From positions 1-16,557 of the forward strand of contig JAUQYZ020000185.1 of the NCBI GenBank assembly GCA_030587475.2: a DNA stretch of 16,557 nucleotides, in the 5' to 3' direction. Made by a program: the position numbers and the translations under genes. This DNA is from Candidatus Sigynarchaeum calidifontis. GTDB taxonomy: Archaea; Asgardarchaeota; Lokiarchaeia; Sigyniarchaeales; Sigyniarchaeaceae. Under the pieces are notes generated by a model. The model saw nothing but the letters and a program-made list of their open reading frames with translations. It had not been told where the DNA came from and searched no databases. Below, in pieces: positions 7,685-15,871 of this stretch (positions are counted from its first letter, which is position 1; each line of letters starts with the position of its first letter).

Positions 7685-10600
7685 TTAAGAGGAATAACAC
7701 GTTCTATTGATGATGCTCAACTTCAGCTCGTCGGAAAGCTCGTTGAAGTAGGCGCAATATCCAGCGATGCGAACCATGAGATACTTGTGCTTCTCCGGGT
7801 GCTTGTAGGCGTCTAGCAATATCTCCCGGTTCACGACGTTAGGTTGCAACTGCATTCCTCCGGTCGTGAGGAATGTCTTGAATATGCTGGCCAGGTTCTT
7901 CACGCCTTCCTTGCCCTGGAAAAGAGATGCATCGATCGTGAACGTGACCGTCGTGCCGTTCTCGGCATGCTCGGCGAAATCGACGCCGGAGATGGCATTG
8001 AGAGCCGATAGCAAGTCGTTCTGCTTCATCCCGTAGTGCGGTGTGACGCTGTTCGCGAATGGCACGCCTTTCAACCGTCCCGATGGCAGTGCTTGAGTAT
8101 TTTGGCCGTACCGGTGGGCGACGTTCAAGGCATAATAGCCGGCCGAGTACCTTCCATTCCGGGGGCAGTTCGGGACCGATTCCAGTGCCTTGTTATACAT
8201 GGCCATGACCTTGTTCACCCATTCCGTGGCTTCGCGGGACGAGTCATCTCCGAATTTCGGCACTGCAAGCAACGCGGCCCTGATACGCTTGTAATAGTCC
8301 CCTTGGAAATTGGCGTCGATGGCCTTGATGACGTCCATGATGGGGAAAAGCCTCTTCTTGAACACGACTTCGTCGATCGCGTGGAGCGAGTCCGCGACGT
8401 CCGTGACGCCCACCGCTTGAATGCCGCTGCTATTGAATGTCGTGCCGCCCTCGTTCACGTCTTTCCCGCTTTCGACGCATCCCTTGAAAAGTGCCGATGA
8501 AAGCGGCGTGGTGAAGTGCTCGCGAAGTTCCTTTTCGATGCGTTGGTGATCAGCCAATATCGATTGCGTGAGACGGTTTAATCGCTTCTGGAAACGGGCC
8601 AGCAGTTCGTCCATGCTCGATGGCGGGTTGTACTTGTAATACCCCTTTTTCACGTGACGCATTTCAACTGCCCTGTTGTAGGCCGTGATGATGCCCCTGG
8701 AAAGAACATCTTTCCCCTTGATAAAATACGGGACAAATCGGTTCAACAATTTCTCAACCCGATCAATGAATCCGAAGTTCCACAAGTCATGTTCTTGCCC
8801 CTTCAAGGCTTGCAAGAATGGCTGGGGCAAACACACGTTGGCGCAGTCCGTGTTGCCGAAATGGTCGTCCGAGGCGTTCGGTTCGACACAACCAACTATC
8901 GCATAGTTCCGCGCGTTTTCAAGGGTGGTCGGGTAGTGTTTCATGATGGCTTTTATGTAGATATCGTCGCTGTTTAGTTTCGGCTGGGGGCAGCCGCTAA
9001 TATACACTTCCGCGAGCCGCTCGAGATACTTGGCGGGACTGCCCTTGTGGATCCGCGCCGTCATGTCGATGGCGAGCGGTTGCAGCTCGCACGCGTCTAT
9101 CAGCATGTAGGTGACGTCGTTGGTGGCATCGTTGCCATCCTTGTCAACGCCCCCAAAGGTTATTGTCTGGTCGATGGACAAGGTTTCGAAAAGCTTGTAG
9201 ATGCTCAAGATGGAATTGCCATCGTTTACAAAAATGTCCTCGTCCATCTTGAGAATGAACAAGCAGAGGAGTTCCTTTGCCTTTTCATAAGTGATGATTC
9301 CTGCTTCCTTGTCCTTCTTGTAATAAGGGTACAATATCTGGTCGAGTCTCCCGAAAGAGAGCGCGTTTTCGTAGGTTTCAGTGCAGAGCGCGATTTGCAA
9401 GAATAGCATGCTCTGCAAGGCTTCGTGGAAGGTGCGGGCAGGATATTTCGGGACATGCTTGCAGATCTCGGCCATTTCCTCCAGCTCTTTGCGACGTTCT
9501 GGATTCGACTCGGCTTTACTCATTTCGGATAGCTTGTCGGCGTACCGCTGCGCGAAGGCTTCCAATCCTTCGAGGGCGATTATGGCGCCTTTATAAAAGT
9601 TTTGATTATTCTCGGGTTTCTCTTTCTGTTTTGCTTTTAACTCCTCAATTAGACCCGTGGTACCCAATTGAAGGATCCGCTCGAAGTTGACGATGAAGTG
9701 CGCTATCGCGGCGCCGTTGTTGTTGAACCCGGCGTTCAGCTCGGCGATCCGCGCCACCATCTCGATGAAATCCCACAATCTCGGATAAACCTTCCTCACG
9801 AGGCTGTGCTTGTACCAGAATGGGAATATCTTGAAATAAAAGTACAGCCTTTCCTCGAACGTGCAATGGAAAGGAACCGGTTTTTGACGGTTGATCCAGG
9901 GCAAGAACATGATCGCGAGAATGCCGTAATGCTCTTCCCAAAGTTGACCACCCACCCTCTTGGACGTGAAATTACCGACGAGTAATTCATCGGGATAGAT
10001 CTTGACCGTCTTGTTTTTCAAAACATACGCGAGGCGTTCCGCCCTGTGAATGGGATTGGGTTTTTTGAACCCATTTTTCTTGTAGAATTCCGTTTTGAGC
10101 CTTGCAACCTCGATGCAGAGGGCCCGGGGAGCTTTCCTTATGGCATTCTGTATGCGTTGCACACGTTTCGTGAAAGCGGCTCGATGGATGGTCGTGTCCA
10201 GTTCCGTGTTCTCGGCCGTGATGCCATGCTCCCTGAACAGTTCAACTCCCTTCTTGAGCGACGCGAGGCTTTGCTCGGGAGTGATGTTGAGCATCGGGAT
10301 GTCGATGCCGAGGCGCCTGGCCTTGTCCTCGTAAAGGTTATGGTATTTCATCAGCTCGATCGAATCGTACTTTATCTTTTTCAAGAAATCGGCGGTTGCC
10401 CGAATGTTACTCGCGCCATCTGTGTACCCGGGCACCATGACCATACGGAACTTGATATTGGCCTTCAATTCGAGAAGTTTCATGATGTTGGTATGGATCA
10501 ACGTGCTGTCTTGTTTCGTATATTTCTTGTGGAGCTCGTCGTCGCCGACGATCTTGAGATCGACGATGAATAGGTCTATGAACGGCGCGATCTTGCTGAT

Positions 10601-10981
10601 GTTCTTCCATGGGACGTTAAGTGTCGTTTCAGCCGAGATGTGGATGTTCTCTTTCTTCAATTCCTTTAACAAGCGGGATAGCATATCCGGATCTTGCAAC
10701 AAAGGTTCCCCGCCACTCAGCGTGACACCGCCAGTCGTCGGGAGATAATATGGTTTGTCCCTCGATACTACTTCCATTATCTCGTCGACCGAATATTCGA
10801 TGTCGGGGGTCTTGTCGCCTTGAAGTGACTGGCCTTCCGGGTTCTGGCACCACAAGCATCGCAGGTTGCACCCTTGAAAGAAGATCGTCGTGCGTATTCC
10901 TGGGCCATCATACACGCAAGTGCGTTGTATCTTGAATAGTTTGAGTGTTTGAGGCTTCTGGAGGCTCTGGATTATTTGCAT
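7685..10981 (-). CDS. Fusion of a glycyl-radical-enzyme activase (radical SAM, about aa 1-255) and a PFL-superfamily glycyl radical enzyme (about aa 270-1098)
   Basis: Activase: DGPGIRTTIFFQGCNLRCLWCQNPEG (C38/C42/C45), GGVTLSGGEPLLQ, IELMKYHNL. GRE: IYPDELLVG, PARTFHEALQ, SFGRLDQILYPYY, TFGGVD..GNDATN, Cys loop IVGCVEP (C698), PKFGDD, ALPSGRLKG, Gly loop LMVRIAGY (G1074). One uninterrupted ORF with SD GAGGAG upstream. Confidence 0.95.
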   Translation of the reverse strand: MQIIQSLQKPQTLKLFKIQRTCVYDGPGIRTTIFFQGCNLRCLWCQNPEGQSLQGDKTPDIEYSVDEIMEVVSRDKPYYLPTTGGVTLSGGEPLLQDPDMLSRLLKELKKENIHISAETTLNVPWKNISKIAPFIDLFIVDLKIVGDDELHKKYTKQDSTLIHTNIMKLLELKANIKFRMVMVPGYTDGASNIRATADFLKKIKYDSIELMKYHNLYEDKARRLGIDIPMLNITPEQSLASLKKGVELFREHGITAENTELDTTIHRAAFTKRVQRIQNAIRKAPRALCIEVARLKTEFYKKNGFKKPNPIHRAERLAYVLKNKTVKIYPDELLVGNFTSKRVGGQLWEEHYGILAIMFLPWINRQKPVPFHCTFEERLYFYFKIFPFWYKHSLVRKVYPRLWDFIEMVARIAELNAGFNNNGAAIAHFIVNFERILQLGTTGLIEELKAKQKEKPENNQNFYKGAIIALEGLEAFAQRYADKLSEMSKAESNPERRKELEEMAEICKHVPKYPARTFHEALQSMLFLQIALCTETYENALSFGRLDQILYPYYKKDKEAGIITYEKAKELLCLFILKMDEDIFVNDGNSILSIYKLFETLSIDQTITFGGVDKDGNDATNDVTYMLIDACELQPLAIDMTARIHKGSPAKYLERLAEVYISGCPQPKLNSDDIYIKAIMKHYPTTLENARNYAIVGCVEPNASDDHFGNTDCANVCLPQPFLQALKGQEHDLWNFGFIDRVEKLLNRFVPYFIKGKDVLSRGIITAYNRAVEMRHVKKGYYKYNPPSSMDELLARFQKRLNRLTQSILADHQRIEKELREHFTTPLSSALFKGCVESGKDVNEGGTTFNSSGIQAVGVTDVADSLHAIDEVVFKKRLFPIMDVIKAIDANFQGDYYKRIRAALLAVPKFGDDSSREATEWVNKVMAMYNKALESVPNCPRNGRYSAGYYALNVAHRYGQNTQALPSGRLKGVPFANSVTPHYGMKQNDLLSALNAISGVDFAEHAENGTTVTFTIDASLFQGKEGVKNLASIFKTFLTTGGMQLQPNVVNREILLDAYKHPEKHKYLMVRIAGYCAYFNELSDELKLSIINRTCYSS

Positions 10982-11133
10982 TCTATACTCCTCGTGATCA
11001 CGTTCTTTTTTCTTGCAATGACCAATACCTCTACCAATTCATGCAAGCATGGTAATGCATGCGCTTCCGTCGAGTTCGTAACAATGTTTTTCCGAGAACT
11101 TAATAACTTGATACTTATTTGATATTAAAGCAC

Positions 11134-11179
11134 TTTGGATTGGAATAATTTTAAATAGGTTTTCAAGTTTTGGATTGGA
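11134..11179 (-). promoter_or_regulatory. Putative BRE/TATA for the GRE fusion, flanked by two 11-bp direct repeats
   Basis: Minus strand GAAAACCTATTTAAA (11164-11150); TTTGGATTGGA at 11134-11144 and 11169-11179 on the plus strand. Confidence 0.55.
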
Positions 11180-11373
11180 TCCTCATTATAGTTCTTCATG
11201 CGGGACGGACATAAATGCCTTTCTTATCATTCCCTTTACCCATTTATACTATGGCATGTCGGCTTATCCCAAAAAAGAGCATTACTGGGGCTGGTTTCTT
11301 TTAGAAATCAAGAAAAAGATGAAACAATAAGCGATAAAAAAGGCGGGGAGTCACGGCAAGTCGAGATCCTCGT

Positions 11374-12678
11374 CTACCTCTTTGAATGCTTCCGTACAAG
11401 CCAGAAGATGACCACGAACACGAAACCCGCGTTTGCGCCGACGATGATGTAATTATCCCAAGGCACCGTGATTTCCGGTGAAAGCGGATGGGCGGCCGCG
11501 TCGAACAAGCTCGCGATCGACATGTTTACCATGATGATGTCCGACGGCAAAAACATGCCGAGAGCCCATGCGTAGTCCTTCGTGGTATCGCAAGTGTAAT
11601 AGCACATGTAGATGCGGTCTCCCTGGATGATCACGCCGCCATACGCGGTATCGCCCGAGCTCGGCAAGTCGGATATATACATCATGGATGGCTTTCCAGA
11701 CAAGTTCTTGAACTCGAAGAGCGACGTGCGCTTCCGGCTGAAGATGCTACCGGTTCCCGTGAACATGTTGTCCACGTCGGGCTGGAACCGTCCAAGCGCA
11801 AAGTATCGGGTCACGTTCGACGTGTCGTTGAGCCTGAACAAGTTAGGGCCATCGAGGCGCGTCAGCTTCTCGAGCGTGTAATTCCAGCTCGTGTATGGCG
11901 GGGCGGCAATAGCGAGCCCCGTGCCGGCGTTAACATCGCCGAACACGGAATCCTTCTGTACCTCGACTCGAATCGTGATAAGAATACGCTTGTCGTTTAA
12001 AATGACGAGCTCGGCCTCATCACTGCCCGGCGTCATTGATGCACCGGTAACTTGCGAAACCTTCGTCCAGTTGACGCCATCCGTCGTGCTTAGAAGGCAG
12101 CACTGCCCTTTTTCGAACCAATAGCCCGTCGTGTACCACGTGATGTTGTCGATCGATTTTGGGCGCCAGAATAACCAGCCTTGCTGGTTGGGGACGTCTC
12201 TCGGCTCGCTCCAGGTCAAGCCGTCCGAGGAGTTCACGAACGCGGTGCCGTAGGGATCTGCGATGAAGCCGGTATTTTTCAAGTAATAGATGAAGAGTTG
12301 GCCATTGATGGGCGCGAATTTGGGATCCCGGATGTCCTCGCCAGGAACCCGCATGTCCATGATGTGCGTCCACGTGTGCAAGTCTGTGCCCCGGTTCAGC
12401 GAAAGAAACGTCGTCGTCGATCCTTGATTTCCAGGCTGGTTCGCATAGATGAAATAGTAATACCCGTTCCAATAGATCAGGTCGGTATTGGCGTTGTGGC
12501 GACCGTTCGAGACCGCAACCCAGGACGAGAATTTGAGTCGATCATTGACTCGATACGTGCTAGGTCGCACTGCCCACCAGAGAAACAAGCTGCCTGCGAG
12601 TATCAAGAAAAAGATGATGGCGAGGAACAAGCCTTGGATGAAATGCTTCACTTTCGTGAGTACTTTTTTGGAATCCAT
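11374..12678 (-). CDS. Membrane-anchored Asp-box (BNR) beta-propeller, sialidase/glycoside hydrolase-like
   Basis: N-terminal TM (FIQGLFLAIIFFLILAGSLFLWW) and C-terminal TM with basic tail (YIIVGANAGFVFVVIFWLVRKHSKR); Asp-box-like GTDLHTW, SSDGLTW, TTDGVNW; HNANTDL, DIRDPK, GDTAYGG. ATG 12678 is preferred because it lies about 23 bp below a TATA-like box. Confidence 0.75.
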   Translation of the reverse strand: MDSKKVLTKVKHFIQGLFLAIIFFLILAGSLFLWWAVRPSTYRVNDRLKFSSWVAVSNGRHNANTDLIYWNGYYYFIYANQPGNQGSTTTFLSLNRGTDLHTWTHIMDMRVPGEDIRDPKFAPINGQLFIYYLKNTGFIADPYGTAFVNSSDGLTWSEPRDVPNQQGWLFWRPKSIDNITWYTTGYWFEKGQCCLLSTTDGVNWTKVSQVTGASMTPGSDEAELVILNDKRILITIRVEVQKDSVFGDVNAGTGLAIAAPPYTSWNYTLEKLTRLDGPNLFRLNDTSNVTRYFALGRFQPDVDNMFTGTGSIFSRKRTSLFEFKNLSGKPSMMYISDLPSSGDTAYGGVIIQGDRIYMCYYTCDTTKDYAWALGMFLPSDIIMVNMSIASLFDAAAHPLSPEITVPWDNYIIVGANAGFVFVVIFWLVRKHSKR

Positions 12679-12700
12679 GAATTGAATATTAGAATCAGCC

Positions 12701-12713
12701 CTTAAATAGGTTT
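12701..12713 (-). promoter_or_regulatory. BRE/TATA-like box, suggesting a leaderless transcript
   Basis: Minus strand AAACCTATTTAAG, nearly identical to the box upstream of the GRE fusion and ending about 23 bp above ATG 12678; no SD is visible. Confidence 0.5.
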
Positions 12714-12859
12714 GACGAGAAAAGCGAAACATGCTGGTAGATCTTTTCGCGTTGCTTCCCGAATGTCGAAAACCGCTATGGATGGTAATCGGTCAGATAA
12801 CAATGGCCGCTGGAATGCCGTTAGCATCAGCATGAAAAGCTAGATAAAAAGAAAGGATC

Positions 12860-14464
12860 CTAGAGCCGGATGATTTTCGCATCCATGATGTTCGGCAATT
12901 TCAGCAATTCAGCCATCACGTCAGGCGGGATGATGTCGTCGATCGTGATGATTGCCAGTGCCTTCTCGCCCTTTTGCCGCCGGCCGAGCTGCCAGCCCGC
13001 GATGTTGATGTTGTTCTTGCCGAGCAGCGTGCCCACGTTGCCGATCACGCCCGGCCGGTCGTTGTTGACGAGCGCGAGCATGTAGTCCGCGGGGGCGATC
13101 TCCAAATAGAGCTCGTTGATCTCGACGATGCGCGGCTTGTCGGAGAAAACGGTTCCTGCAACCTCCACGCGATCATCCTTGTCCGTCTTGACGCTCAGCT
13201 TGATGATCGTTTCATAATTCACCGGCTTGTCATATTTATCCACGACGACGTTTATCCCGTTGTCCTTGATGACCTTTTCGACGTTCATCAGCGTGACGTT
13301 TTCGCTGAAACGGTCTGTGAAGAGCGCGTGCAAGATCGTGGCCTTGATCGGCTCGAAATTCGTGAAGACGTCGCCCTTGTACTTGATGCCCACCTCCACG
13401 AAACGACCCGGCTGGAACTGGCTCACGAACCTGCCGAGCATCACGCTGAGTTCCATGTATGGCTTGTATAGCTCGGCCATTTGCTCTGAAATCTGGAAGG
13501 GAATATTAACAGCGTCGATGAAAACCTTGGAAAGCAGTGCCTTGGCCACGTGATCCGCAGCCATCCTTGCGACCTCGATCTGGGCCTCGACCGTGCTCGC
13601 GCCGATGTGCGGCGTCGTGATCACGTTTTCGAGCCCGATGAAGGGAAAATCTGCCTTGCACGCCGGTTCCTTGGAATAAACGTCGATGCACGCGCCGCCG
13701 ATCCGCTTTTCCGCGAGGGCCTGGTGGAGGGCTTTCTCGTCGATGACCTCACCTCGCGAGGCGTTGATGATGATCGCTGTTTTTTTCATCTTGGCAAGCT
13801 GCTCCTTTCCAATCAAGTTGCGGGTTTGTTCCGTGAGGGGGGTATGGATCGTTATGTAGTCCGATTGTTTCAACAAGTCATCCAGGTCGTCCACCAGCTT
13901 CACGCCCAGCTCCTCTGCACGCTTGGCCGGGATGAACTTGTCGTAGGCGAGGACTTTCATCTCGAACGCCAGGCATCGCTTCGCCACGCCGGCGCCGATG
14001 CGGCCGAGACCGATGATGCCCACGGTCTTGCCCTTGAGCTCGGTCCCTTCGAGTTTCTTCTTTTCCCACTTGTCCATCGCCATGGTCTGGTTTGCAAGCG
14101 AGATGTGGCGCGCTGCATCGAGCATGAAGCCCATGGTGAGCTCGATGACCGCGTTGGAATTGCCGAGGGGCGTGATGAGCACCACGATGCCCCGTTTCGT
14201 GCACGCGTCCGCGTCGATGTTGTCGTAGCCCGTGCCCGCCCGCGCGACCACCTTCAAGTTCTTCGCAGCTGCGATGATATCAGCTGACAGCTTGGTCGCG
14301 CTGCGCACGATGATCGCGTCGTACACGGGTATTATTTGAGCCAGTTCTTCCTTGGTGAGCTTTGGTTTCACGTCGACCGAAAATTCCTTGAAGCCCTTGA
14401 GGATGTCGATGCCCTCTTGCGCGAGTCCATCGGCGACCAATATCTTGAATTTCTTATTCTCCAT
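12860..14464 (-). CDS. serA: D-3-phosphoglycerate dehydrogenase, long (type I) form with ASB and ACT domains
   Basis: IIVRSATK, ARAGTGYDNID, GIIGLGRIG, INASRG, DVYSKEP, TPHIGASTVEAQ, an ASB-length middle region and ACT NNDRPGVIGNVG; 534 aa. Confidence 0.93.
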   Translation of the reverse strand: MENKKFKILVADGLAQEGIDILKGFKEFSVDVKPKLTKEELAQIIPVYDAIIVRSATKLSADIIAAAKNLKVVARAGTGYDNIDADACTKRGIVVLITPLGNSNAVIELTMGFMLDAARHISLANQTMAMDKWEKKKLEGTELKGKTVGIIGLGRIGAGVAKRCLAFEMKVLAYDKFIPAKRAEELGVKLVDDLDDLLKQSDYITIHTPLTEQTRNLIGKEQLAKMKKTAIIINASRGEVIDEKALHQALAEKRIGGACIDVYSKEPACKADFPFIGLENVITTPHIGASTVEAQIEVARMAADHVAKALLSKVFIDAVNIPFQISEQMAELYKPYMELSVMLGRFVSQFQPGRFVEVGIKYKGDVFTNFEPIKATILHALFTDRFSENVTLMNVEKVIKDNGINVVVDKYDKPVNYETIIKLSVKTDKDDRVEVAGTVFSDKPRIVEINELYLEIAPADYMLALVNNDRPGVIGNVGTLLGKNNINIAGWQLGRRQKGEKALAIITIDDIIPPDVMAELLKLPNIMDAKIIRL

Positions 14465-14613
14465 GTGCCCTCACGAATGTCGTTTCGAGCCGTTTGCTTG
14501 GAATGTTACTCGTCGGGTCTAAAAAGGATCCGGCGGTTAATGGATTTCTTCTCGTGGATGGCGACGAAAGCCCGTGCGGCAAGCATTTCCGAAACTGGTA
14601 GACGATACGTTTT

Positions 14614-14635
14614 GCGAGGGGAAGTCTCCCCTTGC
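14614..14635. other. GC-rich hairpin immediately after the stop of the upstream serA
   Basis: GCGAGGGGA-AGTC-TCCCCTTGC, a 9-bp stem with one non-canonical pair; no downstream U-tract on either strand. Confidence 0.5.
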
Positions 14636-15871
14636 TCAGGATATCACGCGAACGCGGATCGTGCCGGGCGCGGCTTGGAGCCTGCTCAAGGCATCGGCGC
14701 TGAACTCGGATTCCACGTCCGTGACCGCGTAGCCGATGGCCTGGTTGGTTTGCAAGTACTGGCCGGCGATGTTCACGTGGAGGTCGGAGAACACGCTGTT
14801 GATGGCGGACAAGACGCCGGGAATGTTCTTGTGGACGTGGAGCACGCGGTGCCGTCCCGGTAACCCGAACAACGACACCTGGGGAAAGTTGACCGACATG
14901 CTCGTCGAGCCAAACAGCACGAAGTTGATGAGCTTCTCGCTGACCTCCTCGCCGATGTGCATTTGCGCTTCTTGCGTGCTGCCCGCGATGTGCGGCGTGA
15001 GGATCACGTTGTCCAGGTCCTGGAGCGGGGTGCAAAACTTGTCCCCGTCGCACGATGGCTCCTCGGGAAACACGTCGATCGCGGCGCCGCTGATCCTCCC
15101 GCTTCGCAAGGCTTCCGCCAGGGCGGGAATGTTCACGACGGAGCCACGCGACGCGTTGATGAAAACGCAGCCTGGCTTCATCATGGCAAATTGTTCCGTG
15201 CTGATCATGTTTTTCGTGAACGGGGTTTCGGGAACATGCAGCGTTATGACATCGCATTCCTGGAGCAGCTTCTTGAGGTTGGGCGCGGGGAGGACGTTGC
15301 CGTGGGGCAATTTCGGCACGATGTCGTAGAAACAAACGCGCATGCCGATCGCCTCGGCGAGGTAACCGAGCTGGGTCCCGATGTTGCCGTAACCGATGAT
15401 GCCGAGCTTTTTCCCCCGCACCTCGTACGAGTTTGGAGAACCCTTCTGCCAAATGGAGCGGTGGAGCTGGGCGTTTTTCTCGGGCACGCCGCGCATCAGC
15501 ATGATGATCTCGCCGAGCACCATCTCCGCCACGCTGCGCGTGTTGGAATACGGCCCGTTGAAGACCGGGATACCGATGGACGTGGCGGTCTTGAGATCGA
15601 TCTGGTTCGTGCCGATGCAGAATGCCCCGATGACGAGCAAGTCCTTCGCCGCGGGGGACGCGAGCACGCGGCTCGTGATTTGCGTGCGTGACCTGATGCC
15701 GAGCACGTCGACATCCGGCAGCCTTTTCATGAGTTCCTCCTCGCTCAATGCGCCCTTAACGGTTTCGATGTTCTTGAAACCGGCGGCCTTGAAGTTCTCG
15801 ACCGCTGACTCGTGAATGCCTTCCAGGAGCAGTATTTTCGTCTCTTCTTTGCGTGCACGGGCATCGAGCAT
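14636..15871 (-). CDS. serA: D-3-phosphoglycerate dehydrogenase, E. coli-like (type II) form with ACT domain only
   Basis: KILLLEGIH, GIRSRTQ, GAFCIGTNQIDL, NTRSVAE, GYGNIGTQL, TPHIAGSTQEAQ, SVNFP and ACT HVHKNIPGVL; 411 aa. Confidence 0.95.
   Translation of the reverse strand: MLDARARKEETKILLLEGIHESAVENFKAAGFKNIETVKGALSEEELMKRLPDVDVLGIRSRTQITSRVLASPAAKDLLVIGAFCIGTNQIDLKTATSIGIPVFNGPYSNTRSVAEMVLGEIIMLMRGVPEKNAQLHRSIWQKGSPNSYEVRGKKLGIIGYGNIGTQLGYLAEAIGMRVCFYDIVPKLPHGNVLPAPNLKKLLQECDVITLHVPETPFTKNMISTEQFAMMKPGCVFINASRGSVVNIPALAEALRSGRISGAAIDVFPEEPSCDGDKFCTPLQDLDNVILTPHIAGSTQEAQMHIGEEVSEKLINFVLFGSTSMSVNFPQVSLFGLPGRHRVLHVHKNIPGVLSAINSVFSDLHVNIAGQYLQTNQAIGYAVTDVESEFSADALSRLQAAPGTIRVRVIS

Noticed and set aside
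7685-10981. Calling the gene pflB, cutC, hypD, bssA or nrdD
   Set aside because: It has no Cys-Cys pair (PFL), no small subunits nearby (BSS/HPAD) and no NrdD features; substrate-specific residues cannot be confirmed by eye.
11198-11452. 84-aa plus-strand ORF
   Set aside because: No motif or SD, and it overlaps the 3' end and T-tract of the opposite-strand gene.
14454-15452. 332-aa minus-strand ORF and long plus-strand ORFs inside the serA genes
   Set aside because: Alternative-frame artefacts of GC-rich codon usage within well-supported genes.
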